A stretch of 64,000 bases of DNA, taken from the IMG/VR virus record IMGVR_UViG_3300021431_000008. One strand, given 5' to 3'. This document shows, in pieces, positions 38,170 to 47,973 of this stretch (positions within the stretch are counted from its first letter, which is position 1; each line of letters begins with the position of its first letter). The DNA is from a virus. Lineage: Duplodnaviria; Heunggongvirae; Uroviricota; Caudoviricetes. The notes below the pieces were generated by a model, which saw only the letters and a program-made list of their open reading frames with translations, made no database searches and was not told where the DNA came from. The position numbers were made by a program, and so were the translations under genes.

Positions 38170-38577
38170 TAGTCTTCCTCCAGAATCTTTTCGCAAATCA
38201 GACAGACCATTCTCCCTTCCGGAATGATTCGTCCGCAACAGACACAGTATTCCATTATTCACGTCCTCCTTTATATTCGAGAATAAATACAGTATCGAGA
38301 ACTGAACCGTTTTTTCTATAAACGTGAATCATTTCGGCTTGATCATTTGTAGTTTTTTCCAAGCAGCCTAAGTAACATTCCGTTGGAATTCGCTGCGAAT
38401 ATGTTTCGTTAAGATATTCCATCGCTCGTTCAATAGCTCTTGCACGTGTCCGAGTAATAAAGATACAGTTAATAAAATCACCGTCATCAGTAACAACCAC
38501 GTAGTCTTTAATAAGATACCCTCCTTAAAAAAAAATAAAAAGGGCCATCAGATCGCTCCAATGGCCCAAAATATCAT

Positions 38578-38904
38578 TTACTCTTCAGGACGTTCCTTCG
38601 CAAGCATGAGCTCTCCAGTGTCTTCCAGCAGTTGATCAATTTTGTTATCAAGATCGTCAAGTTTATTCTGAATATTACGAAGACGCTGCTCATTAAGTAC
38701 GTCGCGATTCGGTCCGTACGGTCCATACATTCCATAATAACTATTATACGGAGTTCGAGGCGGTGCATAGCAAGCTCTATTTGTTACGTTGTTTTCATCG
38801 AGCTTGCGTTTGATTTTTCGTATAAAGCCTAAAAACTGATTGAGAATATAAATAATCAAAGCGGCCGCTAGAACGCCGATAAATACATAAAGCGCAGTCA
38901 TCAT
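38578..38904 (-). CDS. N-terminally membrane-anchored protein
   Basis: 108 aa; TM MMTALYVFIGVLAAALIIYIL. Confidence 0.45.
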   Translation of the reverse strand: MMTALYVFIGVLAAALIIYILNQFLGFIRKIKRKLDENNVTNRACYAPPRTPYNSYYGMYGPYGPNRDVLNEQRLRNIQNKLDDLDNKIDQLLEDTGELMLAKERPEE

Positions 38905-39101
38905 TTACTAGTTTCCTCCTTAATCTTAATCCCTGGATACGGAAAGTCTTTCTGAATCTTTTCTTCGTTTAAATAGCCACACCCTTCAAGCCAGGCCAGC
39001 ATACTATTTAATGATATTGTTGCGTTAGTTTTATTGCACCAGTCTCGAAAGGCGTTCTCCATTTCCAATCTTGTCGAATAGAATATCATTTCTGTTCCCA
39101 T
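38901..39101 (-). CDS. hypothetical small protein
   Basis: 66-aa ORF. Confidence 0.4.
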   Translation of the reverse strand: MGTEMIFYSTRLEMENAFRDWCNKTNATISLNSMLAWLEGCGYLNEEKIQKDFPYPGIKIKEETSK

Positions 39102-39230
39102 TCACTAAATCCCTGCTTAGGATCATTGAGCCGACACTTAGAGCAATGAGGCCCGAGCATGGGTTCGTATAAATAACAGCAGGTAGCACAATCTTTTCGT
39201 CCCGGAGGAAGTTCTCGCGAAATATCTTCT

Positions 39231-40301
39231 TTATTCACCGGTTCCATTCACGCCTCCGGTCAAATCGATCATATAGCTCGCATCGTTCCCGAGAACTGTA
39301 GAAGGCAGGACACCATTCCATTGCTTGATCCAGTAGTACTGAATAATATCACCGGCCAGCGATTCAGAAATGCGCTTGTTCATTTCAGCTTCCTTTTCGC
39401 CGGCATAGAGAGCAGCTTCAGCTTGAACCTTCACAACTTCAAGATCAGCATTCGCGGCAATGATCGCTTTCTCAGCCTCCGCATTTGCAGCAATGACAGC
39501 ACGTTTAGCGGCGGCTTCTTCCTCCATGGTCTTCTGGGCCTGCTGAGTTTCAGCTGTAAGCTTATTCTGTGCGGCGACCTGCTTGGCTTCAACGGCATTG
39601 GTAAACGCATCTGTAAAGTCAATATCCTCAATAGCAATGGATACGATCGTAATGCCATAGTTCTTCATGTCAGTTGACGTAGCTTCAGCAATCGAATCGC
39701 TGAGATTATCTCGTTTCGCAATCAGGTTCTCGGCCGAATACTGACTGAAAACAGCTTTCAGATTCTCCTGGATGCGCGGGAACATAATGTTTTCATAGTA
39801 ATTCGTACCCACAGTTCGATATAGAACCTGAGCTGTCTCCTGATCGATGCAATAGTTTACGGACAGAAGAACATCGACCTGCTGAATATCACTGGAGAAT
39901 GCGCTCGTCTGGATCTGGACTTTCTGTGTCCGATTGTCCATTTTGATGACGTTCTGCCACGGCGCGATAAAGCTGATGCCCGAAGGAATGGTCCTGTTCT
40001 CAACCTTTCCGAAAGTCGTGAGAATACCTGTATACCCGGTCGGAACAACGGCAAGACAGCTTGCGATAAGAATTGCAACAGCGAGAGCAATACCGATAAA
40101 CGCGGGAAACTTAAGTTTCGAAGGTTTCTGAGGTTCCGGTTTCTCCCAAACCGAATTCGGATAACGTGTAGCCGCGATCTGTCTTGCGTTCTCCCAGTCT
40201 TCGTGCTTCTCCTTAAAGTTCTCTTCTCGGGTCTTATTGATCGCAAAGCAAACCCCAAAACCTGCGATCAGAAGAATAACAGCCAAAATCATACCAAACA
40301 T
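39231..40301 (-). CDS. SPFH/band-7 (prohibitin/HflKC-like) membrane protein
   Basis: two N-terminal TM segments; GYTGILTTFGKVENRTIPSGISFIAPWQNVIKMDNRTQ band-7 core; Ala/Glu-rich coiled coil. Confidence 0.7.
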   Translation of the reverse strand: MFGMILAVILLIAGFGVCFAINKTREENFKEKHEDWENARQIAATRYPNSVWEKPEPQKPSKLKFPAFIGIALAVAILIASCLAVVPTGYTGILTTFGKVENRTIPSGISFIAPWQNVIKMDNRTQKVQIQTSAFSSDIQQVDVLLSVNYCIDQETAQVLYRTVGTNYYENIMFPRIQENLKAVFSQYSAENLIAKRDNLSDSIAEATSTDMKNYGITIVSIAIEDIDFTDAFTNAVEAKQVAAQNKLTAETQQAQKTMEEEAAAKRAVIAANAEAEKAIIAANADLEVVKVQAEAALYAGEKEAEMNKRISESLAGDIIQYYWIKQWNGVLPSTVLGNDASYMIDLTGGVNGTGE

Positions 40302-40332
40302 AGATCAAAATTCTCCTTTCATGTTGTTCATA

Positions 40333-40884
40333 TTAGTGATTGGAAATATAAATTTTCAGAATCTCAATGGCAAGATCGTCTGCAAAACCTCTTCTATGAA
40401 GTGCCTCATAGCGGGCAAAAAGTTCCTCAGCCCATTTGTCGACGTTCTCCAGCATGCTCTCCCGCTCGAAATTCTCATAGGCCTTGGCGAGCTTTTCCTG
40501 TTCTTCAGCGTCGAGAACCTTTTTCTTATCCTTCGTTTCGTCCTGAATGGCTTCGACTTTGCTCTGATACATGGCTTTGGCGAGTGTGTAATCATTCTCC
40601 ATCTGCTTTTTCTCCTTCGTATCCTGAATTTCTTGTTTAGTAATTAAAGAATTTACAATCGACATATTTGCTATTTCTTTGTAATATAGAGCTCGAACAA
40701 TACGTTCTATCATTCTTGCATATTCGATACCGCAAAGAAAGCAAGCATTTGGCGAAAGTAAATAACGTCTACCTGTATCGGTTCGTTCTATAACCCAACA
40801 ATTACATTCCAGGTCAAACGTACAAGTTAGCAATCCGATTTCTCCAGCAAGTCTCATACATTCGGCGTGCGTATCTTTTAACAC
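40333..40884 (-). CDS. hypothetical protein
   Basis: 183-aa ORF. Confidence 0.5.
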   Translation of the reverse strand: MLKDTHAECMRLAGEIGLLTCTFDLECNCWVIERTDTGRRYLLSPNACFLCGIEYARMIERIVRALYYKEIANMSIVNSLITKQEIQDTKEKKQMENDYTLAKAMYQSKVEAIQDETKDKKKVLDAEEQEKLAKAYENFERESMLENVDKWAEELFARYEALHRRGFADDLAIEILKIYISNH

Positions 40885-40926
40885 TCTTTGTGTGAACTCC
40901 TGAATTTGATCCTTATCGAAAATTTC

Positions 40927-41214
40927 TCACACCTCCAATACTGCGTAATTCGTCGTTCCTGCTTTTCTAAATGCCGGTAAATATCCTTTGGTATAGGCAT
41001 AGTAACGTTCGAGAATCAGGGCGTAATTCGTAAAAGCGGGACCGTAAATGTTTCGTCCGAGTTCAATTCCGGAGACGACCGTTTTCGTTACTCCCATGAT
41101 ATCGGCGACTTCTCTTTGACTTAAGCCAAGAAGTTCTCTCATTTCACGAAGACGTTCCGGTGTCCAGCTCGATTGAAACAAGATCTTACGTGTTGTTTCA
41201 TCAATCTTGTTCAT
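40927..41214 (-). CDS. XRE-family HTH transcriptional regulator
   Basis: LRELLGLSQREVADIMGVTKTVVSGIELGR. Confidence 0.6.
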   Translation of the reverse strand: MNKIDETTRKILFQSSWTPERLREMRELLGLSQREVADIMGVTKTVVSGIELGRNIYGPAFTNYALILERYYAYTKGYLPAFRKAGTTNYAVLEV

Positions 41215-41501
41215 CGCGCCGTTCCTCTCTTTTCGATTACCCAGTTATCGTCTTTAAAAATAATATCGCTAAAGACTCTCTCACGCTGTCCGATTGTGTG
41301 ATAAAGGTACTTGCCCTTGATGAAATATCCACCTTCCGGCATTTCCTTGATTTCGATCACTTCCAGCCGATCGGGAATGGTATCATTCGGTCTCTTACGA
41401 TAAAACGTATCGCCGATCTCAACCGGACACTTCGGCTTCATGTTGTCAAACTCAACTTGCTGTTCAACGTAATCGAAATCGTCAGGATAATAAGCGATCA
41501 T
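41211..41501 (-). CDS. hypothetical protein
   Basis: 96-aa ORF. Confidence 0.45.
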   Translation of the reverse strand: MIAYYPDDFDYVEQQVEFDNMKPKCPVEIGDTFYRKRPNDTIPDRLEVIEIKEMPEGGYFIKGKYLYHTIGQRERVFSDIIFKDDNWVIEKRGTAR

Positions 41502-41938
41502 GGAATATCAATTTCTCCTTCCCAGTAACAGATCTCGCCGTTATTAAGTTTCGGATCCAGCAGGTGAAATCTGTCAGGATAATTTTCGGGATGTCCGATA
41601 ATACCATTTGCGGCGTGCTTTGGATTGAAAGTGTGCTTACAGTCAGCCCCAGGAACTCGTCTTCGAAAGCACATGGCTCGATCAGAACAGGTATCAAGTC
41701 CGTCGCAGAGGTAGGCGATCTTTATGCTTTCTCCCACTTCAGTGGAACTTCCGTCCCTTCTCGCATGCTCTCTTCCAGACAGTCGTCGCACACCGGAATC
41801 TCCTTCCCGTCCGCCCAGTTCTTGCACGTCTGACAATACTTCACGAACCGGACTTCCTTGTTCTCGCTGTCTCCGATCATGTGTCAACCTCCTCAGTTTT
41901 TTCGGGTTCGTCTGTTCCTTCAGGGCCCTTCGCTGCAC
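41498..41938 (-). CDS. hypothetical protein
   Basis: 146-aa ORF. Confidence 0.45.
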   Translation of the reverse strand: MQRRALKEQTNPKKLRRLTHDRRQREQGSPVREVLSDVQELGGREGDSGVRRLSGREHARRDGSSTEVGESIKIAYLCDGLDTCSDRAMCFRRRVPGADCKHTFNPKHAANGIIGHPENYPDRFHLLDPKLNNGEICYWEGEIDIP

Positions 41939-42330
41939 GAGAAATATAACGCACGCCGTTCACAATAAAGCTGTCACAGGTAAAGCCTTTCTTCATGAGC
42001 TTGGCGAGTTTATCTGTGCTGATGCCCCACTTTTCGCACATAACCTTAGCACGAACATAGCCCTGCCGCTCCATGGCACCGTCGAAATCGGATTTAATAG
42101 AATTCATCGAAACAAGATTGAACATTTATTTTTACTCCTTTTTTAAATATAATTATTACTGAATACTGACGATTTGATCGATACTCACGTATACAGAAAA
42201 CATTTCTCCCTCTCCATCGAACAGATAAGTTTCAAGCCAGCGTTTCCCAACCAAACGTAAGCCATCGATACGACTGAAAATATCCTTAACGCTGTTTCCG
42301 TCAATAAGGTAGATGCCACCGTCAATCGTT

Positions 42331-42930
42331 TTAATGCTGTACGTGTTCATTAAATTTCTCCTTTAATCTCTGTGAAGGTAAATAGACACTGAGCTCACAA
42401 CCGGTGCATCCGATATGCTGAGAAGAAGTTCCATCAATAGGCCTCAGACTTCCTTTGCACAGAGGGCACTTATGCTTAGAAGCCCTAACTCGCATATCCA
42501 TATTAAGACCCTGACGCTCAAAGGTCTTCCACTGTTCGGCGATGGCTTTGGCGTTTTTGGAAGCATAAGGAATGAACCGATTTTCATAGGTTGTTTTAAT
42601 AATGTCACACTCTTCAGGGATCAGACCCTCAATGAGCGCGAAAGAAACGTCATTTCCTTCGCGAATGCTACCGGACAACAGAGATTCATAGTCTCTGGCT
42701 GCACTAGCAAAAATCGCAATCGCCAGATCTTCATAGTTTTTCTGCGTCACATGAGGAGCTCCGAGTTCTTTTGCTCTTGCCCAGAGTTCATCGCTTTCCT
42801 CTTCCATTTTGCGGATTTCAGCGAGATCGTCTGCTGTTAACCCAGCACGGACTTTCTTTTCCATCGCTTCATCGGCCAGACGAATACTCTCAACAATCAG
42901 GCCTTCGATCAGATCAGTTTCTACATCCAT
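42331..42930 (-). CDS. hypothetical protein with C-terminal Zn-ribbon
   Basis: CPLCKG...CTGC. Confidence 0.5.
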   Translation of the reverse strand: MDVETDLIEGLIVESIRLADEAMEKKVRAGLTADDLAEIRKMEEESDELWARAKELGAPHVTQKNYEDLAIAIFASAARDYESLLSGSIREGNDVSFALIEGLIPEECDIIKTTYENRFIPYASKNAKAIAEQWKTFERQGLNMDMRVRASKHKCPLCKGSLRPIDGTSSQHIGCTGCELSVYLPSQRLKEKFNEHVQH

Positions 42931-43212
42931 TATCTAAACTATCCCTCCTAATTCATACCTGAAACGTGTCAAAGTAACTGTTCTTCTCAATACCGAAAAG
43001 CACAAGAAGCTGACGAAACCGTCCATACCAAGTATAACGCTTCCACACCTTCCATTTTCGGTACCGTTTCTTCCATTTTGAAATCACCACAGCCACCTCC
43101 TTGCTCGATTGAAAATGCTCCATTGATTGATCGGGAGACACCGGCTTTCGATAAACCAGTGATCAATCATCTTCTTATAGCCTTCAACAGTTAGATTCTT
43201 ACAGTCCTTCAA

Positions 43213-43434
43213 TCAGTCAATCTCCTTTCCCTGAAGCGCCGCGATAAACTTCTCATCCCCGACGTTCTGCGCAATCTTGAAACAATCCGTGCAAAGATAG
43301 GAGTTATGCCACTTGCGGAGAGTCCGGTTAATTGCTCCGCAGGCTACACAGAAAACAAGAGCGCCTTTCCGTTTGGATTGGCGCTCCTTTACAAGCTCTT
43401 CGATTTTCGGCGAAGTTACAGCGTTTTCATCCAT
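43213..43434 (-). CDS. small Zn-ribbon protein
   Basis: CVACG...CTDC. Confidence 0.4.
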   Translation of the reverse strand: MDENAVTSPKIEELVKERQSKRKGALVFCVACGAINRTLRKWHNSYLCTDCFKIAQNVGDEKFIAALQGKEID

Positions 43435-43913
43435 TACAGTTCCCCCTTCGCGATCTTGGAAATATAACTCATGATAGTCTTGCGGCCGGAATCAAAGTCC
43501 ATTTCGTCGGCGATCAGTCTGAGATAGCTGATGGCATAGGTTTTCGTCGCTTCAGAAATATCATTCTTGCGGGCCGAGACGATCGAAAGGATCTCCTTAC
43601 CGGCTGCACAGCGCTGGGAATCGAAGTCCGCATTCAAAGCTCCGTCGTAGATCGCCTGAATGCTAGTCTCAACCGCATCACTCGGGCAATATAAGATAGG
43701 CGTAGCGGGCCTCGGTGCTTCCGGTTTCACATAGCTTCTCCCGGTATACGGTTCTGTCAGAACTGTATAGGGAATATTGAGTTTTCGGCACAGCATAGCC
43801 AGACCGATCATACTAAGGCCGCCAACAATGGTTCCGGAATTAGATCTCAACATGTCCATCATCCAGTCGCCGATCTTCTGATAGTTGATGCTCTTGAAAT
43901 TGAATTTACTCAT
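43434..43913 (-). CDS. hypothetical protein
   Basis: 159-aa ORF. Confidence 0.5.
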   Translation of the reverse strand: MSKFNFKSINYQKIGDWMMDMLRSNSGTIVGGLSMIGLAMLCRKLNIPYTVLTEPYTGRSYVKPEAPRPATPILYCPSDAVETSIQAIYDGALNADFDSQRCAAGKEILSIVSARKNDISEATKTYAISYLRLIADEMDFDSGRKTIMSYISKIAKGEL

Positions 43914-43928
43914 GTTTTTCCTCCTTAT

Positions 43929-44234
43929 TTAATGCGTATTGTGATATCGGAGTGCCCAAGAATGGCCCAATAAGATATCATGTAAATTTATCGGTTCGAT
44001 TGGTTTTGGCTGAGCAAAGTTTATTACCCAATCATGCTCTCCTAGTCTTTCAATTCTAAAAGAATCGCTTTCGGTCCATCCAATCGAATCGTTTTCTTGC
44101 TCATTTTCATTTACTATGCCGCAAATATCGTATAGAACTGAAAGACTTACTCTTTTAACCGTTTTTATACAAGAACTAAGATAATTCAAAACCATTTCGG
44201 CTTCATAACGTTCGGAAAATATAATGTTACTCAT
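43929..44234 (-). CDS. hypothetical protein
   Basis: 101-aa ORF. Confidence 0.45.
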   Translation of the reverse strand: MSNIIFSERYEAEMVLNYLSSCIKTVKRVSLSVLYDICGIVNENEQENDSIGWTESDSFRIERLGEHDWVINFAQPKPIEPINLHDILLGHSWALRYHNTH

Positions 44235-44651
44235 TCATCCCTCCGGCGGATAGATGCCTTCATTCCACACAAGATGACTTACGATCGGCATGGTGAAGTC
44301 GACCTGACTGAAATCCGTACAGTCGCGATACTGTTCCGGATCTTCCAGGACAAACATTTCGCCAGGCAGAAGCTTGATGTGCTTCGCGAATTCGTTCACG
44401 AGATTCCAGTTGTCTTCGTAAAGTTTCCATTCTTCCTTCTTCCGCTCATTTTCCTGAATTTTGTCGAGGCAGCGTTCGAGCCCTTCGTGAATATACTTCT
44501 GATCTTTTCGATCACGAACGGCACCAGCGATAGCACAACCTCCGAGAATCCCTCCAAACAAAAGAGCAGCCGTAAGTTCCGGATGCTCCTCTGCGAAGGT
44601 CAGAATATTCTTACTCATGTTCTTAAGTTTTTCTTTAATACTCATGCTCAT
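44235..44651 (-). CDS. hypothetical protein with hydrophobic segment
   Basis: 138-aa ORF. Confidence 0.5.
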   Translation of the reverse strand: MSMSIKEKLKNMSKNILTFAEEHPELTAALLFGGILGGCAIAGAVRDRKDQKYIHEGLERCLDKIQENERKKEEWKLYEDNWNLVNEFAKHIKLLPGEMFVLEDPEQYRDCTDFSQVDFTMPIVSHLVWNEGIYPPEG

Positions 44652-44659
44652 TTCTCCTT

Positions 44660-45067
44660 TCAGTTATCTCCGTAAGTCATAATAATATTTACCGGAATAT
44701 CAGGATTCGCGAAGTTTTCGATCATCTTTTCTCCGAAATCGCCAAGGTATGGAAGAAAAGTGTCAAGGACCATAACGCATCCTTCATCGCCACAAACTTT
44801 CCAATGTTCTTGAATATCATAATGACTACCCCAGTCAGGAATCGGAAGATCGGGAACAGATTGGGCAACACTAACGTTTCGCTGATTTAAGGAGTGGATC
44901 CAATAAGCCCATGTACCAATAGCAACACTACCTCCTATGACGCTCATGATAATTGCTGCCTTGTTATCCTTACAGAATTTTTTGATCTTTTCAAACATGT
45001 TCATTTCTCCTTTCATTTTGAACAAAAAAATGAGAGAAGCCGTATTGTAGCTTCTCTCTTCCCTCAT
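44660..45067 (-). CDS. hypothetical membrane protein
   Basis: 135 aa; TM AAIIMSVIGGSVAIGTWAYWI. Confidence 0.5.
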   Translation of the reverse strand: MREERSYNTASLIFLFKMKGEMNMFEKIKKFCKDNKAAIIMSVIGGSVAIGTWAYWIHSLNQRNVSVAQSVPDLPIPDWGSHYDIQEHWKVCGDEGCVMVLDTFLPYLGDFGEKMIENFANPDIPVNIIMTYGDN

Positions 45068-45084
45068 TATAAAGGCTGCAAATT

Positions 45085-45300
45085 TTACGAATACATTTTC
45101 GAATTATAGTACTCTCGAACGGCGTGTCTCTCGTCTTCGAACTGGTGCAGGCGTTCATCGATCCATGCGTCCATTTCCTCCAGAGACTGGTACTCGCCTT
45201 TCTCCAGATACTCATAGACCTGCTCCTCGAACTTCTGCCGCATCATCGTCAGAATAAGATTACGCTTGTTTTTAGTCCATTCGCGTTCTTCTTCGTTCAT
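45085..45300 (-). CDS. hypothetical small protein
   Basis: 71 aa; promoter-like box 45074..45092 lies just downstream of the stop and serves the next gene. Confidence 0.45.
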   Translation of the reverse strand: MNEEEREWTKNKRNLILTMMRQKFEEQVYEYLEKGEYQSLEEMDAWIDERLHQFEDERHAVREYYNSKMYS

Positions 45301-45432
45301 ACTTTCACATCCTTTCTATTATAAGATTTGTAGAATTTTCGATTCGAACTTTGTGTATTCCTCCTATTGCATTTCTGAAAGGATTATGTTAGCGTTTAAA
45401 GCGATCTTTTAGAATGTAGGAGGTATTCTAAG

Positions 45433-45669
45433 ATGGCTAAAAATGACGTTTGGATTCGCTCTGAAGATCGTGGAGATCAGGTCTATGTGGAATGGGGCAA
45501 TGAAAATGGTCTCATTGGAACGGAAATGGTCAGTCGCGAAGAATACTATGCGACCCCTGAGAGTAAATCTAGCTCTTACAATTCTTATGACGACGAGCCG
45601 GATTGTGTCGCTGGCTGTGGCGGAGATTGGCCGAACTGCAAATATACATGTCCGCTGTATGACGACTAA
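45433..45669 (+). CDS. small plus-strand protein with C-terminal Cys cluster
   Basis: GGAGG RBS 8 nt before the ATG; CVAGCGGDWPNCKYTCPLYDD; rare plus-strand gene, convergent with 45666..46013. Confidence 0.5.
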   Translation: MAKNDVWIRSEDRGDQVYVEWGNENGLIGTEMVSREEYYATPESKSSSYNSYDDEPDCVAGCGGDWPNCKYTCPLYDD

Positions 45670-46013
45670 CTTTCTTCCCACTCCTCTTTCCTAAGTGGCT
45701 TCATGCGAAGCGCCCACATAACCTGACGAACCGTGTAGGTAGGATACAGTCCGTTCTCGTCTGGCGCATTGGCATGATCAACAAAGTACATTTCGAATCC
45801 TTTATTTAAGTAAATATCACCGGCAAGCCAGGGCTCGATGGAACTCCACCACCGGGCCTTGGACTTTTTATTATACTTTTCCTGAATAATTGCCAGACCG
45901 ACAGATCCGTCCTTACTCTGAAAAAGCGTACATTGGTTATACTTTGGATGGTCACAAATATAAACTTTTCCCGCTCCGACCCAGTTTTCCGGCTTTTCGT
46001 AATAGTATTTCAT
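45666..46013 (-). CDS. hypothetical protein
   Basis: 115-aa ORF. Confidence 0.5.
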   Translation of the reverse strand: MKYYYEKPENWVGAGKVYICDHPKYNQCTLFQSKDGSVGLAIIQEKYNKKSKARWWSSIEPWLAGDIYLNKGFEMYFVDHANAPDENGLYPTYTVRQVMWALRMKPLRKEEWEES

Positions 46014-46076
46014 AGATCACTTACATTTTGAATGAAAAAAAAGAGAAGGACTCTGTAAGAATCCCTCTCCGATTGG

Positions 46077-46418
46077 TCAAATATCCTTATCGTCTGTGAT
46101 CATGAAGATCACTTTGTCGGACGACGCGAAGTTCCCTGCATCAAGCAGTCCCTGGATGAAGGTCGGCGCCGATTTCATGCTTGCCTCCCCGTTCAGGTAG
46201 GTCTTCCCGAACTGGCGATAGTGCTGGTAGCACTTGCCCTCCGGAATGTCGAACTTAAAAAGTTCGGTCGTATTCCGTTTGACATGCCACAGCCAACATC
46301 CGCCAGCTCCAAGAAGAACTGCCGACATGGCAGTAAAGCCGATCTCGTATGCATAGTCCTTCACGAACTGTTTGAAATTAAACTTCTGTTTCTTTTCCTT
46401 CATTGTTATTTCCTCCAT
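46077..46418 (-). CDS. hypothetical membrane protein
   Basis: 113 aa; TM IGFTAMSAVLLGAGGCWLW. Confidence 0.5.
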   Translation of the reverse strand: MEEITMKEKKQKFNFKQFVKDYAYEIGFTAMSAVLLGAGGCWLWHVKRNTTELFKFDIPEGKCYQHYRQFGKTYLNGEASMKSAPTFIQGLLDAGNFASSDKVIFMITDDKDI

Positions 46419-46515
46419 AATTAATTAGATAAGGTCTCAAACCTCTCATTTATAACGTTGCAGGTTTTACGAAAAAAGCTAAGACACTGTAATATCAGCG
46501 CTTAGCTTTAGCTGC

Positions 46516-46764
46516 TTACGTTTCAGCAGGATTCGTTGACTTTATGGTAATGTATTTGGATACTAATGTTGCACTTCGGCATGCAGCTTTATATGTAATC
46601 ACACCGACCATGAACTTGGCGAACGATGGCATGTTTGACTTCATGCACAAGACGCCAACTACGATCTCAGTGATCATTCGAGCCGTATGACCATAAACTT
46701 GACTTGCATCCCAAGTTGCTTTTTCCATTTCCATAAATTTAACCTCCAAATATAATGTAAGCAT
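46516..46764 (-). CDS. hypothetical protein
   Basis: 82 aa, flanked by the cassette motif. Confidence 0.4.
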   Translation of the reverse strand: MLTLYLEVKFMEMEKATWDASQVYGHTARMITEIVVGVLCMKSNMPSFAKFMVGVITYKAACRSATLVSKYITIKSTNPAET

Positions 46765-46819
46765 ATAGCTTCATTTATGAAGCTGTAATTTTTACGAAAA
46801 AAAGAGAGCCGCTGTTAAG

Positions 46820-47182
46820 CTAGCTCTCCTCTCCTAAGTAATATAAATAACCTGGATCGATGTCTATTACGTAAGAAGCGCGAGTTTCTTTCATATATTC
46901 TTCGAAGCGTATACATAAATCAAACACTAGTCCTTTATCATTACTGGCAAAAAACACAAGATCATGACTTATAGGTGTTTCTTCGTATCCTAGTTTATGC
47001 TCATTGTCCAAATGCTCATCAATGATGCTAAAAACATGCCATACGTCAAGCAAACCAATGCGGTCAAGCTCGGTGTTTAATGCGTTAACAATTCGAACTA
47101 ATGTTTCAAATTTTGCTATGATATATGCGTCAAAAAATTGAAAATAACATACGACTTCATTTTCGTAATCCATTAGTTTCAC
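46820..47182 (-). CDS. hypothetical protein
   Basis: 120 aa, flanked by the cassette motif. Confidence 0.5.
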   Translation of the reverse strand: MKLMDYENEVVCYFQFFDAYIIAKFETLVRIVNALNTELDRIGLLDVWHVFSIIDEHLDNEHKLGYEETPISHDLVFFASNDKGLVFDLCIRFEEYMKETRASYVIDIDPGYLYYLGEES

Positions 47183-47234
47183 CTCCTATCTTTGGAGCTG
47201 TAGAAAATACGAAAAAAGAAGAGCCGCTGTTAAG

Positions 47235-47498
47235 CTAACTCTTCTTGTAGAAGTTTTCTAATAGATTATTTATAGTTTTTTCTGTGCTGTATAGCGCACC
47301 TATTTCAGGTTTCACCACCATGGTATAACCAACGGTATTGTACAGTTCTACATTTTTAGGGTCTTGCCCGTATTCGGTAAGGCCCTGAAGCAATTCGACA
47401 TACGCGTCACCTACCGCAACGTGAAACTTTGAAATGATTCCTGCTAATTCTTTACTACGTTTCATGTTATCTACAAATAATTCATTCATAGTTTTCAC
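47235..47498 (-). CDS. hypothetical protein
   Basis: 87-aa ORF. Confidence 0.45.
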   Translation of the reverse strand: MKTMNELFVDNMKRSKELAGIISKFHVAVGDAYVELLQGLTEYGQDPKNVELYNTVGYTMVVKPEIGALYSTEKTINNLLENFYKKS

Positions 47499-47553
47499 CT
47501 CCTCTATTTATGAAATTGTAGAATCTACGAAAAAAGTAAAGCCACTGCGGGCC

Positions 47554-47847
47554 TTACTTTTTAGTGTTTACCATTTCTGTCGCTATAAGATCGATCTTGA
47601 ACAGCTTATGAATATCAAGACTATCAATCATGATAGGTAATGTTCCTCCACTGTCTTTGAATAGAATCACTTCGAAATATCCTCCGGAATATGGATCGCA
47701 GTCATAAACCGCGTAAGCTTTTCCTTTGAATATTCTGGCGATTCTTTCCGCTTTATGAGCAGTTGCCAACATATACTTACCAGTGAAATAACCTTTATAC
47801 AAAAATAGCTCTTGATCGCTTTTTGCTCTCCAAATTTGCATAAACAT
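47554..47847 (-). CDS. hypothetical protein
   Basis: 97-aa ORF. Confidence 0.45.
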   Translation of the reverse strand: MFMQIWRAKSDQELFLYKGYFTGKYMLATAHKAERIARIFKGKAYAVYDCDPYSGGYFEVILFKDSGGTLPIMIDSLDIHKLFKIDLIATEMVNTKK

Positions 47848-47900
47848 CGCTCCTTTCTATCTAATAGGTTGCAGGTTTTACGAAAAAAAATAAAAAGTTG

Positions 47901-47973
47901 TGAGAGTTACCCCGCTTCGAACAGGGGTCTCCGAAATATAAATTCCGGCGCTCTACCATTGAGCTATTATGGA
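47901..47973 (-). other. tRNA-like element / degenerate tRNA (intact D- and T-arms, non-pairing acceptor stem, 8-nt anticodon loop)
   Basis: minus strand TCCATAATAGCTCAATGGTAGAGCGCCGGAATTTATATTTCGGAGACCCCTGTTCGAAGCGGGGTAACTCTCA. D-stem GCTC/GAGC, T-arm CCCTG-TTCGAAG-CGGGG, but the 5' TCCATAA cannot pair with the 3' TAACTCT. Confidence 0.35.

Noticed and set aside
37360-38262. Calling the ThyX-fold protein a bona fide thymidylate synthase (thyX)
   Set aside because: The diagnostic RHR and S..S.RY motifs are replaced. Only the fold-level alignment is convincing, so no thyX symbol is assigned.
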